A stretch of DNA of 64,000 nucleotides, from NCBI GenBank assembly GCA_965208675.1, contig OZ242351.1:1888001-1952000 (forward strand), in the 5' to 3' direction. Shown one piece after another: positions 19,991-30,128 of the stretch. Under the pieces are notes generated by a model, which ran no database searches, had not been told where the DNA came from, and saw nothing but the letters and a program-made list of their open reading frames with translations. Within the stretch, counting starts at the first letter, position 1, and each line of letters starts with the position of its first letter. The translations under genes and the position numbers were made by a program. The stretch is from Candidatus Poribacteria bacterium. GTDB taxonomy: Bacteria > Poribacteria > WGA-4E > PCPOR2b.

Positions 19991-21343
19991 ATGAAACAAG
20001 GTACTGCGCTGAAAATCCTAATCATCGACGACGAACCCAGCATCTGCGAATCGTTGCAAGGCGCCCTGCAAGACGAAGGATATTCTGCAGAGACCGCGCT
20101 TAGCGGGGAAGACGGGCTTCGCCGCGTGGCGACGAAACAAATCAACCTGGTGTTTTTGGATATTCTGATGCCGGGTGGAATTGATGGTCTCGAGACACTG
20201 CGGCGGATTAAACAACTTTCCCCTGACACGGAAGTCATCATGATCACTGGACACGGCACATTCGATCTTGCATTGGAAGCCGGGAAGCTGGGCGGGTTGG
20301 ATTTTCTCGGAAAACCCCTCTCGTTGGACACGGTTCTGCAGAAGGTTGAACGGGAGATTCAGAAGTTCGAGATTAGGCGGTCGCAAGCTAGCGAGGGTGC
20401 CAATCTTCAAATGATTGGGGACAGCGGCCCCATGCAAGGGATTATGGCGAAGATTCGACAGATAGCCCCAACTAGCGGGCGGGTACTAATCACCGGCGAA
20501 AGCGGTACCGGCAAGGAACTTATTGCGGATTCCATTCACGAACTTAGCGCCCGAAATCAAGCCCCTTTGGTTAAGGTGAACTGCGCCGCGCTGCCCGATG
20601 AACTGATCGAGTCGGAACTTTTTGGGCATGAGCGCGGGGCGTTTACGGGCGCCGCAAATCAACGCGCTGGTAAATTTGAACAAGCCGACGGCGGCACTAT
20701 CTTCCTTGACGAGATTGGGGATACAAGCGCATCAACTCAGGCAAAAGTGCTCCGCGTGATTGAGTATCAAGAATTCGAGCGAGTCGGCGGCGAAAAGACA
20801 ATTCACGTTGACGTCCGCATCATCTCAGCCACCAACCAAGACCTAAAAGCCTCAATCGGCGAGCACACCTTTCGAGAAGACCTGTATTACCGATTGAATG
20901 TTGTGCCCATCCATGTCCCGCCGTTACGGGAACGAAGAGACGATATCCCCTTGCTAGTCAATTTCTTCTTAAACCGGTTTTGCCAGGAAAACCGTAAACC
21001 TGAGATGGCATGCACCGAACCCGCCCTGACGATTCTCCGCGGCTATGATTGGCCCGGCAATGTGCGGCAACTCCGCAACCTCATTGAAAGACTCGTCATC
21101 TTATGCCCGCAACAACACATCGACGTTGAGGATATCCCCAATGATTTATTTTACACGGATGCAGACGGCATCAATACTCAATCCCCGCTAAGGGACGCCC
21201 GGCACGAATTTGAAGGGCGCTTTATCCTCAATTGCCTGCAGGCGAACGATTGGAACATCACCGAGACATCGAAACAACTCGGTATCGAACGCACGAATCT
21301 GCATCGCAAAATGCGCCATTTCAAACTTAAACGCGATGCGTGA
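19991..21343 (+). CDS. Sigma-54-dependent response regulator (NtrX/NtrC family)
   Basis: Receiver (IIDDE, LDILMP), GESGTGKE, ESELFGHERGAFTGA, FLDEIG, WPGNVRQL, Fis-type HTH. Confidence 0.95.
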   Translation: MKQGTALKILIIDDEPSICESLQGALQDEGYSAETALSGEDGLRRVATKQINLVFLDILMPGGIDGLETLRRIKQLSPDTEVIMITGHGTFDLALEAGKLGGLDFLGKPLSLDTVLQKVEREIQKFEIRRSQASEGANLQMIGDSGPMQGIMAKIRQIAPTSGRVLITGESGTGKELIADSIHELSARNQAPLVKVNCAALPDELIESELFGHERGAFTGAANQRAGKFEQADGGTIFLDEIGDTSASTQAKVLRVIEYQEFERVGGEKTIHVDVRIISATNQDLKASIGEHTFREDLYYRLNVVPIHVPPLRERRDDIPLLVNFFLNRFCQENRKPEMACTEPALTILRGYDWPGNVRQLRNLIERLVILCPQQHIDVEDIPNDLFYTDADGINTQSPLRDARHEFEGRFILNCLQANDWNITETSKQLGIERTNLHRKMRHFKLKRDA

Positions 21344-21434
21344 ACCACACGTACCCCACCTTCTCATCTTCAACCTCCGTCAATACCCCCTGTAAACGCG
21401 ATCTCCTAATCGCAACATTCACTTGCTAGTTCCT

Positions 21435-22034
21435 GTAGGTTGGGTTAAGCGGGTAACTGCTAATGCGCGCCATGCGAAAACCACGTTCCAGATCTGCGGC
21501 AACGTGCATCGCAGGATAACCGCAGCGAACCCGACGCTTTTCATATATCCGAACCGTTTCCGATAAACCAAATATTTTCCGACTAACCAAAAACATTGGG
21601 GGTACGTAAAGGAAAAGCAATGGAAAATGACCGCTTTCCGGGTGAGCCGATGTTGATGGTTACCTTTTTCGAATTGCGCCGACACGCTTGTGGCGCGGGC
21701 TCATTGGAAACGTGAGGTAACCAAAAGGTAACCAAGAAAAAAAGATCTTCAAGTCTTTTGAGCGGATAAATATGCTATTATATTAACATTAACAATGAGA
21801 GAGATTGAAGATTTTCACAGCATTTGCCGTTGAATCGGACAGAATGTCAACGCAATCGCGACGCGAACCCAACGTTTTTCATATTTCCAAACCGGGGCCG
21901 ATAACCCAAATACTTTCCGACTAGCCAAAACCGTTGGGTTACGCTACACGAACCATAAATCCTAACCCGTTCAAAACATCTAACGCACCCAACATACGCA
22001 CTTCTGTTCACCACAACCGCTTAACCCAACCTAC
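21435..22034. repeat. REP/MITE-like element copy 1, rearranged
   Basis: Ends GTAGGTTGGGTTAAGCGG / CCGCTTAACCCAACCTAC; central segment present twice, separated by about 255 bp of unrelated DNA. Confidence 0.85.
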
Positions 22035-22154
22035 AAAGGCTTCAACATCAAATAATTATTCCCTCCCCTAATCATAGCCTATCATCTAATCACACAGATC
22101 ACAGTTCAGACAACACAAATAATTTCTATCGAACATCACGGCCTGGCAGTTCCT

Positions 22155-22416
22155 GTAGGTTGGGTTAAGCGGGTAACTGCTAATGCGTGCCATGCGAAAA
22201 CCACGTCCCAGATTTGCGGCAACGTGCATCGCAAGATATCCGCAGCGAACCCAACGTTTTTCATATTTCCGAACCGGGTCCGATAACCCAAATACTTTCC
22301 GATTAACCAAAAACGTTGGGTTACGCTACACCTACCATAAATCCTAACCCGTTCAAAACATCTAACGCACCCAGCATACCCACCTCTGTTCACCACAACC
22401 GCTTAACCCAACCTAC
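22155..22416. mobile_element. Intact 262-bp non-autonomous REP/REPIN-like element
   Basis: Perfect 18-bp terminal inverted repeats beginning GTAG; internal GCGAACCCAACG / CGTTGGGTTACGC pair; closely similar to 21435-21606 and 21863-22034. Confidence 0.75.
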
Positions 22417-22471
22417 AAAGGCTAATCACACGGATCACAGTTCAGACAACACAAATAATTTCTATCGAACA

Positions 22472-25267
22472 TCACGGCGTGGCAGCCGGAATCGCGTACG
22501 GTTCATGACCGTAGACGACTTTGCCCTTAAACCGGAGCGGGTGGTTTTGCGAGCCGTCATGCGCGACCATCCAAAGCTGGCCGTTATTCTCATAAAGAAT
22601 CGTTGAACCGTTAGGCAGCCACATCGGCTTCTGCCCGCCGTACCGCGTTAATTGCTTTTCCGCCGGTACTCCCTCCGAATTGAATTCAGCAATCCAGATT
22701 TGGCGAAACCGCCCGTCGGCGCGGGAAAACGCCAAAACGTTAGGATGGGATGGCGACCATGCCGGCTCCGCGTCATCATCAGGGCTGATGGATACCGGAT
22801 CCAGCCGATGTGTTACCGTATCGTAAACATAGATATTCCGATCGTTCCCCGCGTCCGAATTTTCAATACTTCCTCTCGTGCTGTACGCGAGAAGCTCACC
22901 GCCGCTGTGCCAAGTCGGAGTAAACATCTCCCTCGCTGTTGACGGAAGCAGAATCTCCTCCTGGCTGGGAACATGCCGAATGTAGATTCGGCTGCGATTA
23001 ACACTGCGCCTTGCGAAGGCGATGTAATTTCCATCCGGAGAGATTGCCGCATCTGATGCCAATTCACGCTTGCTAAGCAGTAAAATTTCTTCGTCCCCGG
23101 CAGCGTCGCGGGCGATGACGTTCCCTTCGAGATCGATATAGGTGAGCGTATCGTCCAGTGAAGCCGTTGGACGCCTGCCCGCACCGAACGGCTGCAAGAC
23201 ATCGTTTGGCGCGTATCCCCAAATAATGTCATCATAACTATAGTAGATTATGGCGTTCAGGAGGGCTAGTTCCGGCTGGTGCTCTTCGTTGGCGTAAGAA
23301 GGGTTAGATGCCGTGTCCGTACTCCCATCTGCCGATTTTTCCGATGGAATTTCAAGGTCGCTTTGGGTTTGGGGCGGGGCAGATTTTGGCTCAAAATTCT
23401 GATGATCCTGCAACCGCCAACCGCCGCCAATCGCTTCAAAGATAAAACCAACGCCTTGATTCCAATACCACCACTGCTCAACCTCGCGCCCAAAGCGTGT
23501 GAAGTTTAACACGTCTTCCGGCTCACCGTATTGGAACTTAATTTCCGATCGGTGTCCATCCTCGATTTCAGCCATGTTACCCTCTTCGTCAATGTACATG
23601 GCGAAGATTTCGATGTCAATATAGGGGGTCGTGTATCCCCTAAACACGGACACCAACTGCGGCGTGCCCCGCACAGGAAAGCGTGTGCCGTAGATGCCAA
23701 CTCCGTCTTGCAAGCCCGCCTTGCGGTCGCCGTCGACATCTACCATCGCCATCACATAGTACGCGCCGGGCGGCACCGTCACCTCGTAGCGTCCATTGCC
23801 CTCCAAATTCAATGTAACTGGCATCGGCGATTCAAAATCGGGTGTTTTCGAAAGTGACAGAATGCCTTCTCTGAATGATTTTCCTTCCCAAATTACGCGC
23901 CCTGTAATTCCGCCTTCGGTGTTCTGGCTCAAATCGTTCAAGTCCGCCGTCCGAATCGCTTCGAGCTGACCACCGGCACTGTAGCGGGCAGTCACGTGGA
24001 GTTTGATGTCAAAACTCTCCGCCGGTTTCAAAACCAGCGTCGATGGCGGCATACTCGTCATATCGTTGCTGCCGTACGCGCCGATGCCGTCGCCTTGACT
24101 GTAGCTGCCGTCACCATCCGCATCAACATTAACAATAAGATAGTAGCCGCCCGGCGGCAGTTGCAGGGTGAATTTCCCTTCTTCATCTGCCTCAACCTTT
24201 TTCACAATTTTCACCAGCGCCGGGTCCTGGTACACATAGATTGCACTCCCTTTGAGCGATTTTTCATCCCACACGACTTCGCCCAACACACTCGCCGGTG
24301 CGCGTTCGGTTGCGCGCGGCGTTGGAGGCGTCTCCTTACCGAATTCCGCCAGCGGGACAATTTTCCCGCTCTCGGTCTGCTTCCCTGTCACCTCGATTTG
24401 AATATCCGCCGTAAATCTGTTTGGGTCCACCAAAATCGGCTGTGGGAATGCCCCTTGATTACGCAGATCGTCAATGCCGTAGATGCCTAATTCATCGCCG
24501 TGATCAAAAAGGTTGGTACGATTTGCATCAATGGTTGCCATTAGGTAATACTTACCGGGGGTTAATTTAAGCGTAAAGTTCCCGTCGCTTGCAATCTGTG
24601 CGCTCCCGGCGCGAAATTTCCACGAAAGATCGGTATATGCCAAAATGAGCGCGTCTTCGAACGATTCGTTCCCCTTCCGATGCAGCTGCCCTTTGATGCC
24701 GGAGGTAATCTTGGTCACATCCCTCTTGAATTCCTCAAATGGATTTTCGCGATAGTCATACGCTGCAACTATCTTCCCTTTTCCGTCAACGTTCTGCATT
24801 CTCGCCGTTATCTCGATGGCAAGGCCGCTGACTGTTTTGTGGGCACCGATGTTCACCAACTGCTTGCGCTGATTTGGGTGATTCCAATCTGTAATGCCGT
24901 AAATACCCATACCGTCGCCAATATCGAATTTTCCCGAGCGATCCAAATCCACGAAAGCAACGAGATAGTAGCCCCCCGGTTCGACGCGAATTTCAAACTC
25001 ACCGCCCCTCAACCCCGTAACACCCGTATATAACGACTTCAGGTCCTCATCACTATAGACCTGCACGGTTGCCTGCGACAAATCTTCGCCCGACCAGACA
25101 ATCTCGCCTTTGAGTGTAGCTGTCGCGCGTTTGCCAAAATCCTCCACCAAAGCCTTTTCCGCATCCGTTTGCGGTTTGTGTTGCGCCCAAAGTGCGCTAT
25201 TGGCAAGCATGAAAATCGCGATAGGTATTATTATGGGGAAAATGCGTCTGCGTTGAATCGGTGTCAT
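22472..25267 (-). CDS. Secreted protein with four Ig-like/DxDxxG repeats and a C-terminal TolB-like (PD40) propeller
   Basis: Signal peptide; four PGxYYL...DxDxxG...DGxGIYG units; ISPDGNYIAF, PAWSP and PMWLPNG blades. Confidence 0.8.
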   Translation of the reverse strand: MTPIQRRRIFPIIIPIAIFMLANSALWAQHKPQTDAEKALVEDFGKRATATLKGEIVWSGEDLSQATVQVYSDEDLKSLYTGVTGLRGGEFEIRVEPGGYYLVAFVDLDRSGKFDIGDGMGIYGITDWNHPNQRKQLVNIGAHKTVSGLAIEITARMQNVDGKGKIVAAYDYRENPFEEFKRDVTKITSGIKGQLHRKGNESFEDALILAYTDLSWKFRAGSAQIASDGNFTLKLTPGKYYLMATIDANRTNLFDHGDELGIYGIDDLRNQGAFPQPILVDPNRFTADIQIEVTGKQTESGKIVPLAEFGKETPPTPRATERAPASVLGEVVWDEKSLKGSAIYVYQDPALVKIVKKVEADEEGKFTLQLPPGGYYLIVNVDADGDGSYSQGDGIGAYGSNDMTSMPPSTLVLKPAESFDIKLHVTARYSAGGQLEAIRTADLNDLSQNTEGGITGRVIWEGKSFREGILSLSKTPDFESPMPVTLNLEGNGRYEVTVPPGAYYVMAMVDVDGDRKAGLQDGVGIYGTRFPVRGTPQLVSVFRGYTTPYIDIEIFAMYIDEEGNMAEIEDGHRSEIKFQYGEPEDVLNFTRFGREVEQWWYWNQGVGFIFEAIGGGWRLQDHQNFEPKSAPPQTQSDLEIPSEKSADGSTDTASNPSYANEEHQPELALLNAIIYYSYDDIIWGYAPNDVLQPFGAGRRPTASLDDTLTYIDLEGNVIARDAAGDEEILLLSKRELASDAAISPDGNYIAFARRSVNRSRIYIRHVPSQEEILLPSTAREMFTPTWHSGGELLAYSTRGSIENSDAGNDRNIYVYDTVTHRLDPVSISPDDDAEPAWSPSHPNVLAFSRADGRFRQIWIAEFNSEGVPAEKQLTRYGGQKPMWLPNGSTILYENNGQLWMVAHDGSQNHPLRFKGKVVYGHEPYAIPAATP

Positions 25268-25343
25268 CCGATGTTAGTGCTCCTGCGTTACGGTTACTCG
25301 GTTAAAACTACCCGATTACCCGAAGACCTCTATCGGCGCATAA

Positions 25344-26519
25344 CTATTGGTAGCCGGTCAGTTCGGTATACCCCCAACCGCTTACCGGTGCGCCGTTAAA
25401 CTCTCCCTCGACTCGCACTGCGCCTTCCCAGTAGGTGAACTCAGTGTGGAACTCTTGATTGGATATAAGCGGTTCAACGCTAACTTGGCAATTCAATTTG
25501 GGAAGTGCAACTTGCCAGCCAGAAGGATACCGTATGCCGGTTTCAGGGCTCTTCCAGTCGCGTGTAACGGTCAGTGTAAAATCCCCGGGACGAATGGCAA
25601 CCTGCACGCCATCGGGGTAAGCTAATGTGCCTTCAAACGTTTGTGAATCGCGCGTCTGATCCGCTCTACGAAAGCAATACAGCATCAGGGCGGCGCCGTT
25701 GTCCAACTGTATGCTAAACCAATCCCAACCCACCACGCCATCGGCGAGCGTGGTCGTTCCAAACTCATGATCCATCCAACTGACACCGCTGACCGCCTCT
25801 TTTTTACCGTCAACGGTGACAAAACCTGTCGTGCGCAAACCCACAAGGCTGTAATAGTAGTTTGCGTTGCCCGGTTCGGGTCCCTTTTGGCTTAAACCGC
25901 GATCGCCGTGCAGCACCGCGGGGCGAGTCTCCCGCAGCGTTAGATGAATCCCCGCTCCGGGATCGGTCTGATCATCGACCGCTGATAAGCGAACCACGCC
26001 CGAATCTGTTTCCCGCGCTGACCAGTCCTCAAGCCAAACGGAATATCTCGGTTCACCGGTCGCACCCGCGAGTCCGGCTGCACCCCGGCTAAAGCGTTCA
26101 AAACTGTAAAACTCGCCGCGTGACGCATCGGTCAACGCAAAGTGCGCCATATAGATTTGATTGGCGGAAAAGTTCGATGACCGTTCCTGTACCTGCGGCG
26201 TTAACGCACTGCGGAAAAACGTCAGTTGGTAGCCAAAATCTTTACCGCCGTCGGATTTTAAATTTCCGGTATAATACCACCATTCTATTTTATAGGGAGG
26301 ATGCGGCCCATGGTCGCGTGGAAATTCAAATTCCATCGGCTCAAACGCGCGCGCAAATCCCGCATCGGCGTCGCCGCGCATCACGCTGAGGAAATTGGAG
26401 GCGTCTTCCGTTCCGGTTCCGAACGCTGAACAGAGACTCAATAAAACCGGCGCCAAAAAAATGCAGAATATCAAACGCAAAAGCTGAATTCTGGATTTCG
26501 TTAATTGGATAGCTGGCAT
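25344..26519 (-). CDS. AttH/CrtC-like lipocalin-fold secreted protein
   Basis: FPRDHGPH..EWWYYTG, SWMDHEF, GWDWFSIQL, YWEG, GYTELTGY. Confidence 0.88.
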   Translation of the reverse strand: MPAIQLTKSRIQLLRLIFCIFLAPVLLSLCSAFGTGTEDASNFLSVMRGDADAGFARAFEPMEFEFPRDHGPHPPYKIEWWYYTGNLKSDGGKDFGYQLTFFRSALTPQVQERSSNFSANQIYMAHFALTDASRGEFYSFERFSRGAAGLAGATGEPRYSVWLEDWSARETDSGVVRLSAVDDQTDPGAGIHLTLRETRPAVLHGDRGLSQKGPEPGNANYYYSLVGLRTTGFVTVDGKKEAVSGVSWMDHEFGTTTLADGVVGWDWFSIQLDNGAALMLYCFRRADQTRDSQTFEGTLAYPDGVQVAIRPGDFTLTVTRDWKSPETGIRYPSGWQVALPKLNCQVSVEPLISNQEFHTEFTYWEGAVRVEGEFNGAPVSGWGYTELTGYQ

Positions 26520-26599
26520 CTCAATCTCACGAAAGCTCCCGTGTTGTGCGTAAACCGTTAACTAATTCCGCCGCACCAACCGGAAGTGCATAAATGCTA

Positions 26600-26628
26600 A
26601 TTATATCAAAATGCGGCTATATGTTCAA
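26600..26628 (-). promoter_or_regulatory. Putative sigma-70 promoter
   Basis: Minus strand TTGAAC-N17-TATAAT with TG extension. Confidence 0.55.
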
Positions 26629-26778
26629 CCTCCAAACCGTGCGGAACTACCCGACGTGACCCGCAACGGATTGGACGCCTAGGATGAACCTTTTCGAGCC
26701 GCGCGCACCACGATTATTCAATTTTCTCCCCGCGCTGCTCTGCTTGAACGCGCCGCACGGTTCCCATTCGCTTTTTTC

Positions 26779-26806
26779 TTGACACGGCACGGAATTCTGG
26801 TACAAT
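26779..26806 (+). promoter_or_regulatory. Putative sigma-70 promoter
   Basis: TTGACA-N16-TACAAT with TG extension, upstream of the HEAT-repeat gene. Confidence 0.55.
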
Positions 26807-26947
26807 ATTTCCGCCTTAATTTTTATGCTACGCCCATGGTACGCGGGGCATCGTGCCGCGCATTTGTTACGAATCATCGAATTACAACAAATAACCGTTC
26901 AATTGCGTAAATCCTATTCGTACGTAATTTAGCTAAGGAATCTAAAC

Positions 26948-28144
26948 ATGAGAAAGTTAATTGCAATATCAATACTCTTCATCTGGATTGTTGGCATCGG
27001 ATGCGAACAAAAACAGCGGGTCGACAATCTCAAAGTTGGGCGCGGAAAGTTGCTTAATGCAGGACTCGCGCTCGAAGCAGTCGAACCGCTTAAAATCGCG
27101 GTTACAGAAGAATACGACAAAACCGAACCCCGAACCCTCTTAATCCTCGCTTACTACCATGGGCTGTCCTCCGGCAGCGCTAAAACTCACGGTCTGGAAG
27201 AAGAGTTCAATCTCGAACGGGAGAAAAGGCTTGAAGCGCTCGGCGATGCGGAGATGAAATTCCTCCTCGACCTCTTGGTGAAACGCTCCCGCGTCCAGAA
27301 AGATGCAATGAAAGTCCTAACCGACAAAGGCGTCATTGCGACTCCCCTGCTAATTGATGCACTAGGCAAGGTCGAATATCAAAATATCCAACACAATGTC
27401 AGAGATATGCTGGCAACCATCGGTTCCGATGCGCTCAATCTGATTATATCCGAGATTAGTAATCCCGATACAGCGCCAGCAGTGAAGGTTTCGCTTGTCC
27501 GGTTGATTGGACGGATAGGCGATGCCGGCGTCGTTTCTGATGTGGAGGCGCTCGGCGATAGCACGACCGATGCCGGCTTGAAGATGGAAATCTACGCAGC
27601 GCTCTATAAACTAGGGAAGAGCAACTATAAGTCACAGATTCTGAAAGGCTTACGAGCTAGTGATGTGAACGTGCGCCGCGCCGCTGCGAAAGCAATTATT
27701 GATTTTGAGGAATATTCTGCGTCGGATGTCATCCAAGCGCTTGGAGATTCAGACGACCGGGTTCGAGAATATGTTGCGGCAGTCCTTCAGAAGCACCCGG
27801 ATAAGGCTGCGGTCCAGCCGCTTGTAGGAGTATTGAAGAGTGCTGCGGACCACGCCGCGAAACAGGCGGCGTTCGATGCGCTGAAGGTACACGTGGCGAA
27901 CGGGTTGGCGAGGCGGTTGGCGGCTGATTTAATCCGAAAGGAGTTATTAGGCGGGGACATCAGCAATCCTGAGGATAGGCTTCGCATTGTTCAACTGCTT
28001 CGGGAAAAGGAGTTAATACGCCAAATTGAGGCTGCGCCCGTGGAGTTGCAATTGAAATATGACCTCGAACAATACCGCCAAAACACGGAACAGCATGGAC
28101 TAGTGAAGAGCGAGTTGGGACGGCTGCTAGAGGTATTGAAGTAA
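26948..28144 (+). CDS. HEAT-repeat lipoprotein
   Basis: Lipobox GIGC; LIDALG, VRRAAAKA and ALGDSDDRVREY HEAT-like repeats. Confidence 0.82.
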   Translation: MRKLIAISILFIWIVGIGCEQKQRVDNLKVGRGKLLNAGLALEAVEPLKIAVTEEYDKTEPRTLLILAYYHGLSSGSAKTHGLEEEFNLEREKRLEALGDAEMKFLLDLLVKRSRVQKDAMKVLTDKGVIATPLLIDALGKVEYQNIQHNVRDMLATIGSDALNLIISEISNPDTAPAVKVSLVRLIGRIGDAGVVSDVEALGDSTTDAGLKMEIYAALYKLGKSNYKSQILKGLRASDVNVRRAAAKAIIDFEEYSASDVIQALGDSDDRVREYVAAVLQKHPDKAAVQPLVGVLKSAADHAAKQAAFDALKVHVANGLARRLAADLIRKELLGGDISNPEDRLRIVQLLREKELIRQIEAAPVELQLKYDLEQYRQNTEQHGLVKSELGRLLEVLK

Positions 28145-28195
28145 TCGCCGCACGGTATTAAGTCAAACGGGAATACGTTCAATAAGAAGAGATTC

Positions 28196-29221
28196 ATGGT
28201 TGGCACAGATCGAAGCCCCCTTATGCAGGCTGAAATCCGCACTCACACACCCTATCGGGTCAGCGTTAATCAATACAGCGAATTTCGGGGACGTGGGTTC
28301 CTGACCGTGCGCGGCTTAATCTCGCACGACGATGTCCAAGAACTGAACAATCACATGGACGACGTGTTGGCTGGGCGTGAGTCGTTCCCCGAAGTCCCGC
28401 CGGCGCCCGAGCACCTGCCGCCCAACGAAATTGCCAGTTACTGGGAGCGTGTCCATATGCTGCACCGGGTTTCGCCGCTGCACGAGCGGTATCTCCTCCA
28501 CCCCCGTATCCTCGACGTGCTTGAGGCGATTATCGGTCCGGATGTGCTCGCGCTCCAGACAATGTTGTTCTTCAAACAGCCGGGTCAACCCGGTCAGGGT
28601 TATCACCAGGATTCTTATTACATCCCGACGCTGCCGGACACATTGTGCGGCGCATGGCTCGCCCTTGAGCCGGCGACCGTGGAAAACGGCTGCATGTGGA
28701 TGGTCGCCGGGTCACAATGCGAGCCCATCTACCCGGACTTAGACGGCGTCACCGAGAACGGCGACTGGGGTCTGCGCGATATCCAACCGATTGCCGCCGC
28801 TAGCCATCCTGACGAATCGATCAACGGCTTAGCGCGGGTGGCGCACAAGTATGCCGGGAAAGAGGTGCAAGTCGAAGCACAACCCGGAGATGTGGTCTTC
28901 TTCAACGGTCACATTCTGCACCGTTCGCATGCCAACCGATCGAAGACGCAGTCCCGCCACACGTTCGTCGGCCACTACTGCAACGCCCGTTCGTTAGTGC
29001 CCTGGAACTACAAGAAGAACTCCTACGAAGGCGATTCGGCGAACTATCTGCATATCCTCGCGCGCGGATCGACTCACCTGCCCTACGCGCAACCGAACTT
29101 TGATACGCCCTGCGCCGCGAACCGCCCCGACCTTTACGGCAAACGCCCCAGCCGCGTTCAACCTGTTTCGATGACGCCGACCGACAAGGGAATTAGCGTG
29201 CTAGCGCCTGATTTGCAATGA
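28196..29221 (+). CDS. Phytanoyl-CoA dioxygenase (PhyH) family protein
   Basis: HQDSYY, WLALE.ATVENGCM, PGDVVFFNGHILHRSHANRS. Confidence 0.92.
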   Translation: MVGTDRSPLMQAEIRTHTPYRVSVNQYSEFRGRGFLTVRGLISHDDVQELNNHMDDVLAGRESFPEVPPAPEHLPPNEIASYWERVHMLHRVSPLHERYLLHPRILDVLEAIIGPDVLALQTMLFFKQPGQPGQGYHQDSYYIPTLPDTLCGAWLALEPATVENGCMWMVAGSQCEPIYPDLDGVTENGDWGLRDIQPIAAASHPDESINGLARVAHKYAGKEVQVEAQPGDVVFFNGHILHRSHANRSKTQSRHTFVGHYCNARSLVPWNYKKNSYEGDSANYLHILARGSTHLPYAQPNFDTPCAANRPDLYGKRPSRVQPVSMTPTDKGISVLAPDLQ

Positions 29222-29235
29222 GCTGCCGTCATCAT

Positions 29236-29655
29236 CGCTTAACCCAACCTACAAAAGCTGTCGGGACCTGCCTCCTTTAAAATCAATCTCGAAATCGCGG
29301 CACATAAACTATGGCAAACCACCCCCCTCAATCCCCCCTTATAAAGGGGGGAGGTTAGAATGTTTCCTCCCCTCATTCATGACGTAACCATGCTGTGAAG
29401 CACCTGTGGGAAGGGTTTCCTAGCCCTGATTACCGAGACAGGGATGTCCCTCCCACAGCGGGGATGTCTTGTTGATTCATTACAATTATCATTCCCCTCC
29501 TTACCAAGGAGGGGTTAGGGGAGGTTGAATCGACGATTTGACAGACCCCCTCTAACTCCCCCTTGGCAAGGGGGAGAATTTTTCTGTTTTATTCTCCTTC
29601 TTACTGAAGAGGATCAACTGACCGATTAGGGAAGGCGATAGTTTTTATAGTTCTT
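29236..29655. repeat. Cluster of short palindromic repeats
   Basis: Solo CGCTTAACCCAACCTAC end; CCCCCCTTATAAAGGGGGG, CCCCTCCTTACCAAGGAGGGG and TCCCCCTTGGCAAGGGGGA hairpins; 33-bp repeat at 29611. Confidence 0.75.
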
Positions 29656-30000
29656 ATAGGTTGGGTAGAGCGAATAATCCCAAAACGGTTCCGGTAGGAT
29701 TTAACCTTTCCGAATTTCCAAGGATGCTACTGTCAATACACGCGGAGCGAAACCCAACGCATTTGTAACCTCTCGCAACCCTAACAGGGTCCGGCTTCAA
29801 TACACCGCTTCGAATTTCAAAAATTCCCTTTGCATTTCCCTGTTCCTATTGTTCTGGCGATGACGTCTACCGTTAGGCTTTCCGAACATTTCAAAATCGT
29901 TGGGTTTCGCTCCACGATTACATTTACCAAACAATCTCAACAAATGTACTGCTTACGAAATACTGTGCATGTATCGCCAAATTCGCTCTACCCAACCTAC
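29656..30000. mobile_element. 345-bp REP/REPIN-like element
   Basis: 19/20 terminal inverted repeat (A/G)TAGGTTGGGTAGAGCGAAT; internal GGAGCGAAACCCAACG / CGTTGGGTTTCGCTCC pair. Confidence 0.72.
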
Positions 30001-30128
30001 AAAAACCATGCGTGAACATGCCCAATTATCGAATGTCTTTAATTCACGCCGTCATCGTTAATTGACATACCACCATAATATGTGTGAACATGAATGTAGA
30101 TGACTATTACTGCCGCCGGAACGATTTT

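Noticed and set aside
21435-22416. Possible DGR template/variable repeat pair, and the short ORFs 21419-21685, 22086-22310 and 22136-22396
   Set aside because: Mismatches are not adenine-specific and there is no reverse transcriptase; the ORFs are translations of the non-coding repeat.
26635-26762. 10-bp inverted repeat suggesting a small RNA such as 6S
   Set aside because: Interior pairing is not evident, the length is short, and it sits between two divergent promoters.
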